Source of the DNA: a virus
Lineage: Duplodnaviria; Caudoviricetes
Length of the DNA stretch: 28,795 nucleotides
Virus record (IMG/VR): IMGVR_UViG_3300031949_000137
Coordinates: 1-28,795 of that record
Direction: 5' to 3' (one strand)
Shown: one piece after another, positions 17,101 through 24,486 of the stretch
How the letters are laid out: each line of letters opens with the position of its first letter
How positions within the stretch are numbered: the stretch's first letter is position 1
Translations under genes and position numbers: made by a program
Notes under the pieces: model-generated
The model's database searches: none
What the model was told of the DNA's origin: nothing
What the model saw: the letters and a program-made list of their open reading frames with translations, nothing else

Positions 17101-20077
17101 GGACTCTACTGGATCCACGAGAAACTGCGTAGAACGAGGTCAATTCCGTTACGAAGTAGGAAGGCTGCAAGAAGGCCGCCGTGGCCCTTGTCGGCCCCGA
17201 CGTGACGAACAAATTGGGGACGCTCACGTCCGAGATGAATTCTTGGGGGCTCGCCAGGAGAACCGTGGTGACGTCTGACCCAGCATCGTAGGTCGAGCTG
17301 TCCAGAAGGTAGACTTCCTGGTAGTCACTCGTGACCCGAAGGAGACAGTTGAGCAAGAAATCAGAGGTCCGGTCTCCTGGAATAGTGAAGCGGTCCGATC
17401 CAGAGACGATGCCATTGCCTTGAAGGTTCGCAGGGAGCACTGGTCCCAAGTAGGACTGAATCACTCCCGCAGCCATCGGTGGCTGGATAACCGTGACACT
17501 GCTTTCCCCGCCTATGGCTTGGGTGATGTAATAGTCGATGTAAACCCGCTCGGTGGGGCCGACAATAGCACCATGAGGCAAGGCATCTGTGATTGTCTGA
17601 TCGCTGTTGAACGTGATTGTACTTGCGACCGGATTGATGATGACCTGTTCGTTGGTGATTTGTGGACGCCCACCACGGAAGACCCTCGGTGGTGGGCTGA
17701 GCGTCACCATGCGGCCCAAAGGATTGAACGATAGAACGTTGGTCGGAGTCGGATGAGGCTGAGTGATCTCCTTCCGGACTAAGAAGGCTGCTTGCTCCTC
17801 GATTACGGTGTTCAGATCAGAGGAGTTCTTGTATGTGATAAGCGCTTCTTCGAGCGCTAGGAACCGATCGATGAATTGAATGAACCCGAGCGGCGGCTGG
17901 AGCTTGTAATCTGTGCCGAGAGTCAGCGTTCGTACCCAGTAGACTGTGAGGGCTGCCGTCACATCCGCTGACGAGAAATTCAACTCACCTGTGGTATCCA
18001 GGATCTCGACGGTCCCCTGGAGAAGAAGCCCCGGAGCCGTGAACACCGAGACGACGTTGACCACAGTAGAGAATGTTGAGGGGCCGAACCGGAATCTTGA
18101 CTTGACACTGCTGGCAAAGTTCAGCGGAACGGAGAACCGGGGAGAGTTCGTGGTCGTCCCCAGGCCCACGATACGCTCAACCTTCGTGTTTGGATCGAGC
18201 GGGGAGACGGCCTTGAAGAACCTGTCAGCCAGGATCTCCTCTCCTCGACGAATCTCGTAAACCAAATTCGATTCGGGGACCAGACTCACCGTCGGGACAT
18301 CTGTGGTCAAAGAGGTTGGACCACCCACGGAAGCCACCGTGTAGACCCCAACGGAAGTCCCGTTCTGAACCAGAAGATGATCCCCGCTCAGGACGCCAGC
18401 CGTCACGAAGTTCTGGCCTGCGTCCCAGAAAGCCGTAGAAGCCGCCAGGAAGGCGCCACCCGACCCAGAGGTCACTAGGGTGCCATCCGTCTCCATAAGG
18501 CTCACAGCACCCGATCCTGTGTCCAGGAGGGCGTCTTCCCCAAGGGTCAGGGGAACGTAGAAGCCGCTGTTCGGCGGGCTCTCTAGCTCCAAGATCAAGT
18601 TTGATGTGAAAACCAATGGATCTGGAAGCTGGACCGCTCCGTAGGGGATCGGAGCAGAAACAACCACCAAGGCTTTTCGCTGGGCGTACAAAAGCGTCCT
18701 GGCCTCGGAGTCGATAACGTACCCAATCCCAACTGGAGGTGACGGCACATCCATCCTAGGCAGGGTTTGGATGGTCCCTGTTTGGTCGATGATTTTGATG
18801 GTCAAAGTCATCGTATCAACGGGGACTGCCGGAAGGAAAACTTGCGGGGCAGCGACGATCGGATCTGCTAGAATGGCATCGGTCGTCGTGTAGAGTGCCG
18901 ATACGTCGTTGAACGTTGGATCCGTATCTGATGGATCAATGGGAGTCCGGAAGAGCATGAGGCTCATGCCCCGCTCGATGCTCAGGTTGGGAACAATGAC
19001 CTGAGCAGCAACGGCCCCGTAGATAGTCTGGTCTGCACTGGAGAATCTCACCTGACCATCACTTCGACGGATTTCGACGACACCTCGTTTCCCACTTGCA
19101 GAAAGTGAGTCCACGAACTTCGTCTGGGGGAACTGCACCACTCCCAGAACTCGGAAGAAGACATCCGACTCCTCGGGAGGAAGTGGGAACACCACCCCCG
19201 GAACGGTCAGCGTTCCTACAGCCGCCGGGGTCAAGATCGCTGTACCTACGAGGAGAACACCATCGTAGTAGACGTAACGTCCGGTGTTCGACGAGACATC
19301 TGTGGCGTTGAAAGCCAATCGCCCTGTTGCAATGGACCATTTGAAAAAGCCCGAGGAGGGCAATGGTAAGAGCCCAGCGTCATTGGCCACTTCAACAGGG
19401 GTCAGGTACTCCCCGAAGCCAATTCGCACGAGCGGGTACTGGCCCGTGGCCGGGAGAGGGTTCAGAAGCAGTGGGTCATCGATGAGACCCAGTCGGCCAT
19501 TCGACTCACTGGAGGCGAAAAAGGTCTGCCGTTGAAAACGAACGTCCTCTCCATTGTAGGTCGCGAGATCTGCCGTGTTCCAGTTCAGATTGCCTGTGGA
19601 CCTAGATAACTCGACTGTACTGGAAACAGGACTTCCGAAAGAGCCATCGTTCAAGACCAAGGAGACCGTGAAAGTCGTCCCGCTTTCAGTGCCCACCGAT
19701 ACCCGGATCGGATAGGTCACGAGATTCGTCGAAAGAGGCTTGGTGGCTTTCAGTCGGGTCACGTTCGAGGCCGGCCCGAGCTGCCCCAGGACTTCTGCAC
19801 CAGAGCCGGGCAGTGTCTTGAAGCGCTGGTCCCGTCCCTCGTAATCAAACCGCTGGATGACCTCGTTCCGACTCCAACCAAAGATAGCATCAGGCAGATC
19901 CCCATCCTGCATGACCTGGACGAGGTACTGCGTACTCGGAGCTGATTCGTCGGACGGATACGCTGCGTCGAAGGCAACCTGATTCGAAACGAAATTGTTC
20001 GGCGTAAATGTAAAGGGAGAATTTGCCTGTCCTACACGGACTGGTTCGAGCACGTAGCCGGTTACAGAAAACGGCAT
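14120..20077 (-). CDS. Giant repeat-rich structural protein (1985 aa), putative peripheral baseplate / fibre component
   Basis: Likely start MPFSVTGYVLE at 20077, forming a TAATG overlap with the endonuclease B stop. The extra 46 codons in the ORF track lie inside endonuclease B. Rich in Thr, Ser, Val and Gly, with repeated beta modules and a helical C-terminus. Confidence 0.8.
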   Translation of the reverse strand: MPFSVTGYVLEPVRVGQANSPFTFTPNNFVSNQVAFDAAYPSDESAPSTQYLVQVMQDGDLPDAIFGWSRNEVIQRFDYEGRDQRFKTLPGSGAEVLGQLGPASNVTRLKATKPLSTNLVTYPIRVSVGTESGTTFTVSLVLNDGSFGSPVSSTVELSRSTGNLNWNTADLATYNGEDVRFQRQTFFASSESNGRLGLIDDPLLLNPLPATGQYPLVRIGFGEYLTPVEVANDAGLLPLPSSGFFKWSIATGRLAFNATDVSSNTGRYVYYDGVLLVGTAILTPAAVGTLTVPGVVFPLPPEESDVFFRVLGVVQFPQTKFVDSLSASGKRGVVEIRRSDGQVRFSSADQTIYGAVAAQVIVPNLSIERGMSLMLFRTPIDPSDTDPTFNDVSALYTTTDAILADPIVAAPQVFLPAVPVDTMTLTIKIIDQTGTIQTLPRMDVPSPPVGIGYVIDSEARTLLYAQRKALVVVSAPIPYGAVQLPDPLVFTSNLILELESPPNSGFYVPLTLGEDALLDTGSGAVSLMETDGTLVTSGSGGAFLAASTAFWDAGQNFVTAGVLSGDHLLVQNGTSVGVYTVASVGGPTSLTTDVPTVSLVPESNLVYEIRRGEEILADRFFKAVSPLDPNTKVERIVGLGTTTNSPRFSVPLNFASSVKSRFRFGPSTFSTVVNVVSVFTAPGLLLQGTVEILDTTGELNFSSADVTAALTVYWVRTLTLGTDYKLQPPLGFIQFIDRFLALEEALITYKNSSDLNTVIEEQAAFLVRKEITQPHPTPTNVLSFNPLGRMVTLSPPPRVFRGGRPQITNEQVIINPVASTITFNSDQTITDALPHGAIVGPTERVYIDYYITQAIGGESSVTVIQPPMAAGVIQSYLGPVLPANLQGNGIVSGSDRFTIPGDRTSDFLLNCLLRVTSDYQEVYLLDSSTYDAGSDVTTVLLASPQEFISDVSVPNLFVTSGPTRATAAFLQPSYFVTELTSFYAVSRGSSRVRFIGDLSTIYTPGKIIHFTDGGSTFRDFYQVNGSRYDETTGLTEVVLTSNTAREYPTTTIVKRSVRNILEATTRTAQTSRSPILTLPYTVFRRVSGQVGEILSQPSGFQITDAGTVTFATALQDDESWDILYTGYTIAQAGQSLRASYTFQIIPTEDNGLLGSTLVADYTTYVPDTFFWRVETFTAFRGELATQYVLDAQSSIPSGGPTLSNLSSPKLYEQGRESLFFQEGHLANEDIVARATLKFYNDAINYLEDVLLDMDGRVIGDRDGRFLFDGLIDNPDRTTFVTVTNQIDDRFKISPAPYTVSFPPFSVTSVGTYQAVYLPAKASRFFPTRRRRYNVTVGPAGLEDGDSILDTESKELTVVSGVQRRSPWAMIVRPASAADSTIYVDYVDGDENLLRTAFVATMKVRIADTSTVYTASLTILSVASGPTPQTITFTTPVGVSIPIGATVFLSTLDTMYRKFYRVGTDVGVDAKDGQLTHISPFPPLDGSVPAIDPALYVQNPAAGEVLDLTAQLNPTDVAPDRFPALDGLMTDDDGDRRLPLLNPYLDSEAPDLNGTPLGHLGIEQSIIQTGIGTLRLVTTASYLDTGSLDVTGTILTASSIFPATVKPYDLVRILTGTNALSSYHRILTVLGSIITVTPAFTPDAGFSFTVAASASLVTSTADITSTTSTLDDTSGPNFLTAGVFPGHTVVLTTGPSAGERRQVLTVAATSLSVSPAFSTSLSLQSYRIDDALATFGGTGSIQAQLLSELANELGVLDTNTTPLAEREAIEQFYDTVFTDVETGITGSTTIGLPTLTDLSADFSAVTSEDFVYIRSGSVAGVYKVQTVTSTTTLDIETTFPATAVGVSYRIVSSTGATKLTLQDLFPILQSIDTFIVTTTTFETLVTTPVTVAPDASAFARGWLTSDLDTRSALVGLRILDLSSTGSLGTIQSILSSGDRLYDQRFVWIDARINLETGIIVKRDRAIANRIKAQADILKSLTKLLMT

Positions 20078-20937
20078 TAGGCTGCCTTTCGCCCAAACGC
20101 CTGCCCGAAAGCGGGGATATTGTTCCTTCGTCGGTAGTACAAAACTGTCGTCTTCGAGACACCAGCTTGCTTGGCCAAAGCATAATCGGACATTGTGCCC
20201 ACTAAGGTATGCCATGTTCGGATGGGCACTACCCTTGTTACCTCTGGGGACTTAGCTTTACGAGCTACCGTTCGCTTCCGATGGCAGACAGTGCAAACGA
20301 CGTCACACTTGGATACCTCCTCTAAAACCCGTTCCCACTTAGCTTCTTTCATGAAAGCCACGTTCTGTGTCTTGATGCCACGAACGTGGTCAAAATCCAT
20401 AGCAATAGGTGGGAAGTGGAAACCACAATCCATACAGAGTACAGCCTTGAGGCCGTTCAGCTTATCTCGTCCCTTTAAGTATCCTTTAGAGCTAGCGGTC
20501 TGTTTGATACGGCTCCCTGTGCGAACTCTATGGCAATTGGCACACACGACGTCACACTTGGAGACCTCAATCGCAATCGAGGCCTGGCTGAAATCGACCA
20601 TGTTGCTAATCTGCCGGTGCTTCTCTCCACGGGCATGGTCAAAGTCCATGCAGTAGGAGGGGTATTCGAGATGACAGTCCATACATGGCACAGCCTTCAA
20701 GGAGGAAATGAACTTCTTCCGCTCATTTCTCACTACTGCTGCGTTCTGCCGAATCGAGTTCCGGTTGGATTCTACGAAGTTCTTACGACTGGTCTGGCCT
20801 TCAAGCGAACTGCGCTTGTTCTTACCATATGTGGACAAGCACATTCGGCACCATGACCCTAGGCTATCTTTAGTAAGTAGATTCTTAGAGAAATCCCCCT
20901 CTATTTTAGGGACTCCGCAGCGGCGACACGTCTTCAT
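20077..20937 (-). CDS. Free-standing HNH endonuclease B with two tandem HNH/Zn modules and C-terminal HTH (286 aa)
   Basis: MKTCRRC...WCRMC Zn finger; two copies of LKAVxCMDC...MDFDHxRGxK...EVSKCDVVCxxCHRxRT; C-terminal GTMSDYALAKQAGVSKTTVLYYRRRNNIP HTH-like motif. Confidence 0.85.
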   Translation of the reverse strand: MKTCRRCGVPKIEGDFSKNLLTKDSLGSWCRMCLSTYGKNKRSSLEGQTSRKNFVESNRNSIRQNAAVVRNERKKFISSLKAVPCMDCHLEYPSYCMDFDHARGEKHRQISNMVDFSQASIAIEVSKCDVVCANCHRVRTGSRIKQTASSKGYLKGRDKLNGLKAVLCMDCGFHFPPIAMDFDHVRGIKTQNVAFMKEAKWERVLEEVSKCDVVCTVCHRKRTVARKAKSPEVTRVVPIRTWHTLVGTMSDYALAKQAGVSKTTVLYYRRRNNIPAFGQAFGRKAA

Positions 20938-21506
20938 AGGATCCTCCCGAAGCCTACTCCAGTTGCAGCGGTAGGGGTAGGGGCTCCAGCGATCACTACT
21001 GGGAGAACCAAGCTAGCGAAGGTCCGATCCAGCCCAATCCCCAGAGCTTGAGCCTTCCTTGAAGCAGCCGTTCCTACCATTCCGACCGAAGCAAACCCGG
21101 CCATAATGGACGGGAACGCTGGGGGAGCCCGAAAAGAGGCGATCCCGGTTCCTGACCCCACGCCGACATGCTGCGTCTTCACGAGCGTCTGGAGAAATAC
21201 AGCAGTCAGTCCATTTGCCAAGCCAAGGAGGAACAACGGAGCCAACAGACCGAACAAACCCTGGGAGATCATCCCAGTCGTCAAGTTTGCCAAGAGAAGC
21301 GGAGTTGGAAGAGTCACTGGTAAGGGGATATTGGTCCCGGATCCGCTAGAGCCCACGTCCTGAGTTTTGACCGCAATCTGTGGCACCCAGATCGTGAGCC
21401 CGGTGATCACTCCGCTGGCGTATTTGGGGACACCAACCCCGAGCATCGACGTTGCAACCAGGTTGGTCGCCAAAGTAGGGACGGCAACAGGCAAGGCAAT
21501 CGGCAT
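20934..21506 (-). CDS. Hydrophobic Gly-rich protein with three internal repeats; candidate spike-tip protein (190 aa)
   Basis: TGATG overlap at the start and ATGA at the end. Three alignable repeats. First structural gene after the spike-like gene. Confidence 0.7.
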   Translation of the reverse strand: MPIALPVAVPTLATNLVATSMLGVGVPKYASGVITGLTIWVPQIAVKTQDVGSSGSGTNIPLPVTLPTPLLLANLTTGMISQGLFGLLAPLFLLGLANGLTAVFLQTLVKTQHVGVGSGTGIASFRAPPAFPSIMAGFASVGMVGTAASRKAQALGIGLDRTFASLVLPVVIAGAPTPTAATGVGFGRIL

Positions 21507-22249
21507 CAGAGCTTACGTTCCAAATAATCAGCAATTCGACGGAACACTTCGGGGTCAGTACAATCACGTTTGAGGGCATTCGCTTGGTGACTGATGACGG
21601 CAATGTTGCCAGGGATATACCCTAACTTTGGGTTAATCCTATCAAGAGACATAGACCTGGGGCTGGGTCTCCCTTCGCCATACTCGAACGGTTCTTTAGT
21701 GATTGGACACCGCTCTGGAATCACAACATCCAGTTCTGTGATTTCAAATGGACGCCCAAATCTCTTAGCACGTTGACGAGCGCCATTGAGAAGACTTCGC
21801 TTTGGATCCCTCCTGTACTTTAGGAGGTCCCTATTCCGCATCTCCTCCTTATTTTCCACCCGATATTGTCGTGCTGCCTCACAAAGTCTCTCAGCATTGG
21901 CGACGTAATATCCCTTGTAGTGTGCCTTCCTCTTATCCTTGTGCTTCTCCCAATCTGCGCGGTGCCAAGCTTGAACCTTCTCAGGATGCGCCTGGTTGTA
22001 GGCTCTTTTCTGAGCTTTCAGGCGTTCTCGGTTACGCTCACGATAAGCTTTCCTGAGTGCTTTTCGCTCCTCCAGAGTTGGTTTCAGGCGAGTAGTTCTC
22101 TGAATGTAAGCGTCCTCACCAAATTCGCAAATCCACCAACGACGAAGAGTCTCTCGTGCCACTCCAAATCGTCTAGCAACGGATGTGAATAGCTCTCTGG
22201 TGTGGAACGCCGTAAAAGTATCCTCCGGCTTGATTTTGGAGAGAGGCAT
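21506..22249 (-). CDS. Free-standing endonuclease C (beta-beta-alpha-metal type, SLDR...GY..GN...AN..K subfamily) with N-terminal HTH
   Basis: HTH-like FTSVARRFGVARETLRRWW; 15-residue helical repeats (Y/W..N.E..); C-terminal CPI...SLDRINPKLGYIPGNIAVISHQANALK. Start uncertain: ATG 22249 preferred, ATG 22273 or TTG 22312 possible. Confidence 0.8.
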   Translation of the reverse strand: MPLSKIKPEDTFTAFHTRELFTSVARRFGVARETLRRWWICEFGEDAYIQRTTRLKPTLEERKALRKAYRERNRERLKAQKRAYNQAHPEKVQAWHRADWEKHKDKRKAHYKGYYVANAERLCEAARQYRVENKEEMRNRDLLKYRRDPKRSLLNGARQRAKRFGRPFEITELDVVIPERCPITKEPFEYGEGRPSPRSMSLDRINPKLGYIPGNIAVISHQANALKRDCTDPEVFRRIADYLERKL

Positions 22250-22252
22250 TGG

Positions 22253-22295
22253 TCCTACAGAGGATCTCACCATAAACGAATAGGTGAAGGTAGGA
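22253..22295 (-). promoter_or_regulatory. Predicted mRNA hairpin covering the translation initiation region of endonuclease C
   Basis: Nested inverted repeats: TCCTAC 22253-22258 with GTAGGA 22290-22295, and TCACC 22267-22271 with GGTGA 22283-22287. Confidence 0.45.
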
Positions 22296-22308
22296 ATACC
22301 TAATATAT

Positions 22309-24486
22309 TCAAATACTTCTAACAAGAGCCGAGCCTTGCAGCGGTAAATTGGTGATGTAGTCCAAGGTTGGTGAGTTCGGAGGAAGACTGGGCACACCCC
22401 GGACCACGCCGAGGGCCGCAGCGACACCTCCAAGAAGAACCTGAGGAGCCGTAAGCGTGATGACAACTGCGGACGTGAGAGCAAGGGCCAAGCCAGCCGC
22501 AAGACTGATTGCCCCAGCCGCAGCCGCAATAGAGATCGCTCCCGAAGCCGTACTCATGGTCACAGCTCCAGCTCCAGTCGTCAAAGAGATCGCTCCCGTT
22601 CCAACTGTGACCAGGAAGCCACCTGCTCCGATGTTGTAGGCTGTCCCACCTGCCGTGATGTTGTGGACCTCACCACCAGCAACGATGTTCTGGATGAGAC
22701 CACCGGCCAAGATGGTCGAAATCTTTCCCCCGATGAAGATGTTCTCCAAGACTGCCAAGGCGTAGTTGTACTGGCTCTTGCCCGAGACCATCCAACTGAT
22801 CTCGCCGAAGTTGCCGCCAAAGCCCTGGGAAGCGTTCACGTTCAGACGATCCGCGTGAATCTGATAGCCACCATCAACCAGGAGTTCCTTGCTACCAACC
22901 TGCTCTTGGTCAGTGCCCGTGACAATCTTGCGGGCTGAACCCTTAACCGTGGCTTGGAAAGCTATGCCGTTGTCGTCTGGAGTGGTGGTCGCGTACTCCA
23001 CACTCACAGCAGACTTGTAGCTAATGTCCAAGGCTCGGCCGTCGGCGTTGTGCCCAATCACAGCCTTGATGCCACCCTCCAGAACGGCGTTGATGGAGTT
23101 CCGGTCGGGTTGCGAAGCCCCGATGTACGCCTTGATAGCTCCCGCCAAGCTAGCCTCAACAGAAACGCCCTTGGCAGCATAGCTTTCAACCGAGGAAGCT
23201 GGGACATTGAGGTAGACCTTACCTTCCTTGGTGATGCAATAGGCGAAGACGTTGTCCCCAGTGCTTCGAGGAGGACGCATCCGGAACAGGTAGGCTCCGG
23301 CGTTCGTGTAAGCTTCGATGTCGTTCGTTGGCTGGCGAATCACTTCGTCCAGCGTGAACTTCCCTATCGAGGGGAAGTTGAAGTCTGGAAAGATCCGGGG
23401 CTTCAGGATTCGCCCGAATTGTCTCTGACCACGAACCGAGTTGAAGTCATTTCCGACGATTGTGCCGTAGACCTGCTCGATGTAGGGCAGTCTGCGATCC
23501 ATCTCGAAGCCATCGATTTCCTCCAGCACCTCCTGAGAAAGATCCGAGGTCTGGCTTATCTCCATGCGATGCTCGACAAAGGCATCGGCAGCGGAGTTGA
23601 CATCCTCGATGCTGACCGCTGGAGAGGTTGGCGGATAGTGGACCTTCCGACCGTTGCTGTACGTGACGGTCGGGAATTCCGTGAAGTCATTGAACAGATC
23701 GAGGACGCTGCCATTCGTCAGGGCATACTTGGGAGGTTGCCCTATAGTGATCCCTGGCCCGGCTGCTTGAAGTTCATCCCGACCAAAGTACCCAGTGTCC
23801 GTATCCCGGAGAGTCCTGGTACCTGTTTTGAAGATGTCCTCGGGAAGGAAAAACTTGCTCCGACGGATTGGTCCAGAAATTCTACGGACACCCGACTCGG
23901 CTTCGACACGATGCACGGACTGTGCGACCCAGCTCCGTTCTGCATCCCGTAATTCCAGGAAGTCTCCTGATCTGTTCACCATCCGAACATCCTCGTTCAT
24001 GACGAACTCGGAGCCCTTCGACGACATCCCTCCGACATCCCCCGACCGCATCACAAGCCGCTTATACCGGGTCGTTTTGCCGAACAACTCGGCCGCGAGA
24101 GCCTGGTCTTCCGGATCAACAGTGGAAGGGTCGTAGCCTGAAACCGGGTCAAATCGTAGACCGCTACGGTTGCCTGTGGGTACATACCCCAAAATGACAG
24201 CATCGAAGAGATTCTTGTGAACTCTCCGGTACCCTAAGATCACAATTGAGTTGACCTCGGGGATGCCTCCCCAAAAGCTCCTCGGACCAGCCATGGCTTG
24301 CGTCAAGCTCAGCTCGAAGCGATCCCCACCACCCGTGATGACCTTCACGTCAGCCTTCATGTTGATCTCATCCACACGCATGATAAGACCCAACTTGGTC
24401 GTGTAGAACGCTCCGGGATTGCTGCTCGCGAAGTCGTTGTTCGGGATGTGCCCCGACGGACGTTTAGGAATTCGAGGAAATTTCAT
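22309..24486 (-). CDS. Central baseplate spike-like protein (gpV/gp45/gp5 type, 725 aa)
   Basis: N-terminal OB-fold-like GLIMRVDEINMKADVKV...WGGIPEVNSIVILGY...AVILGY. C-terminal 9/8-residue Gly-rich beta-helix repeats. Follows the hub-like gene with an ATGA overlap. Confidence 0.75.
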   Translation of the reverse strand: MKFPRIPKRPSGHIPNNDFASSNPGAFYTTKLGLIMRVDEINMKADVKVITGGGDRFELSLTQAMAGPRSFWGGIPEVNSIVILGYRRVHKNLFDAVILGYVPTGNRSGLRFDPVSGYDPSTVDPEDQALAAELFGKTTRYKRLVMRSGDVGGMSSKGSEFVMNEDVRMVNRSGDFLELRDAERSWVAQSVHRVEAESGVRRISGPIRRSKFFLPEDIFKTGTRTLRDTDTGYFGRDELQAAGPGITIGQPPKYALTNGSVLDLFNDFTEFPTVTYSNGRKVHYPPTSPAVSIEDVNSAADAFVEHRMEISQTSDLSQEVLEEIDGFEMDRRLPYIEQVYGTIVGNDFNSVRGQRQFGRILKPRIFPDFNFPSIGKFTLDEVIRQPTNDIEAYTNAGAYLFRMRPPRSTGDNVFAYCITKEGKVYLNVPASSVESYAAKGVSVEASLAGAIKAYIGASQPDRNSINAVLEGGIKAVIGHNADGRALDISYKSAVSVEYATTTPDDNGIAFQATVKGSARKIVTGTDQEQVGSKELLVDGGYQIHADRLNVNASQGFGGNFGEISWMVSGKSQYNYALAVLENIFIGGKISTILAGGLIQNIVAGGEVHNITAGGTAYNIGAGGFLVTVGTGAISLTTGAGAVTMSTASGAISIAAAAGAISLAAGLALALTSAVVITLTAPQVLLGGVAAALGVVRGVPSLPPNSPTLDYITNLPLQGSALVRSI
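22428..22707 (-). repeat. Protein-level 9-mer/8-mer repeats of the spike beta-helix
   Basis: AGGLIQNIV AGGEVHNIT AGGTAYNIG AGGFLVTVG TGAISLTTG AGAVTMSTA SGAISIAAA AGAISLAA GLALALTS AVVITLTA PQVLLGG. Confidence 0.8.

Noticed and set aside
20078-20215. 46-aa N-terminal extension of the giant protein (2031-aa version)
   Set aside because: It lies within the HTH-coding end of endonuclease B. The TAATG-coupled start at 20077 is more plausible.
13290-22312. Endonucleases as group I intron or intein passengers
   Set aside because: There is no non-coding room for a ribozyme and no intein splice motifs. Flanking genes have their own starts and stops.
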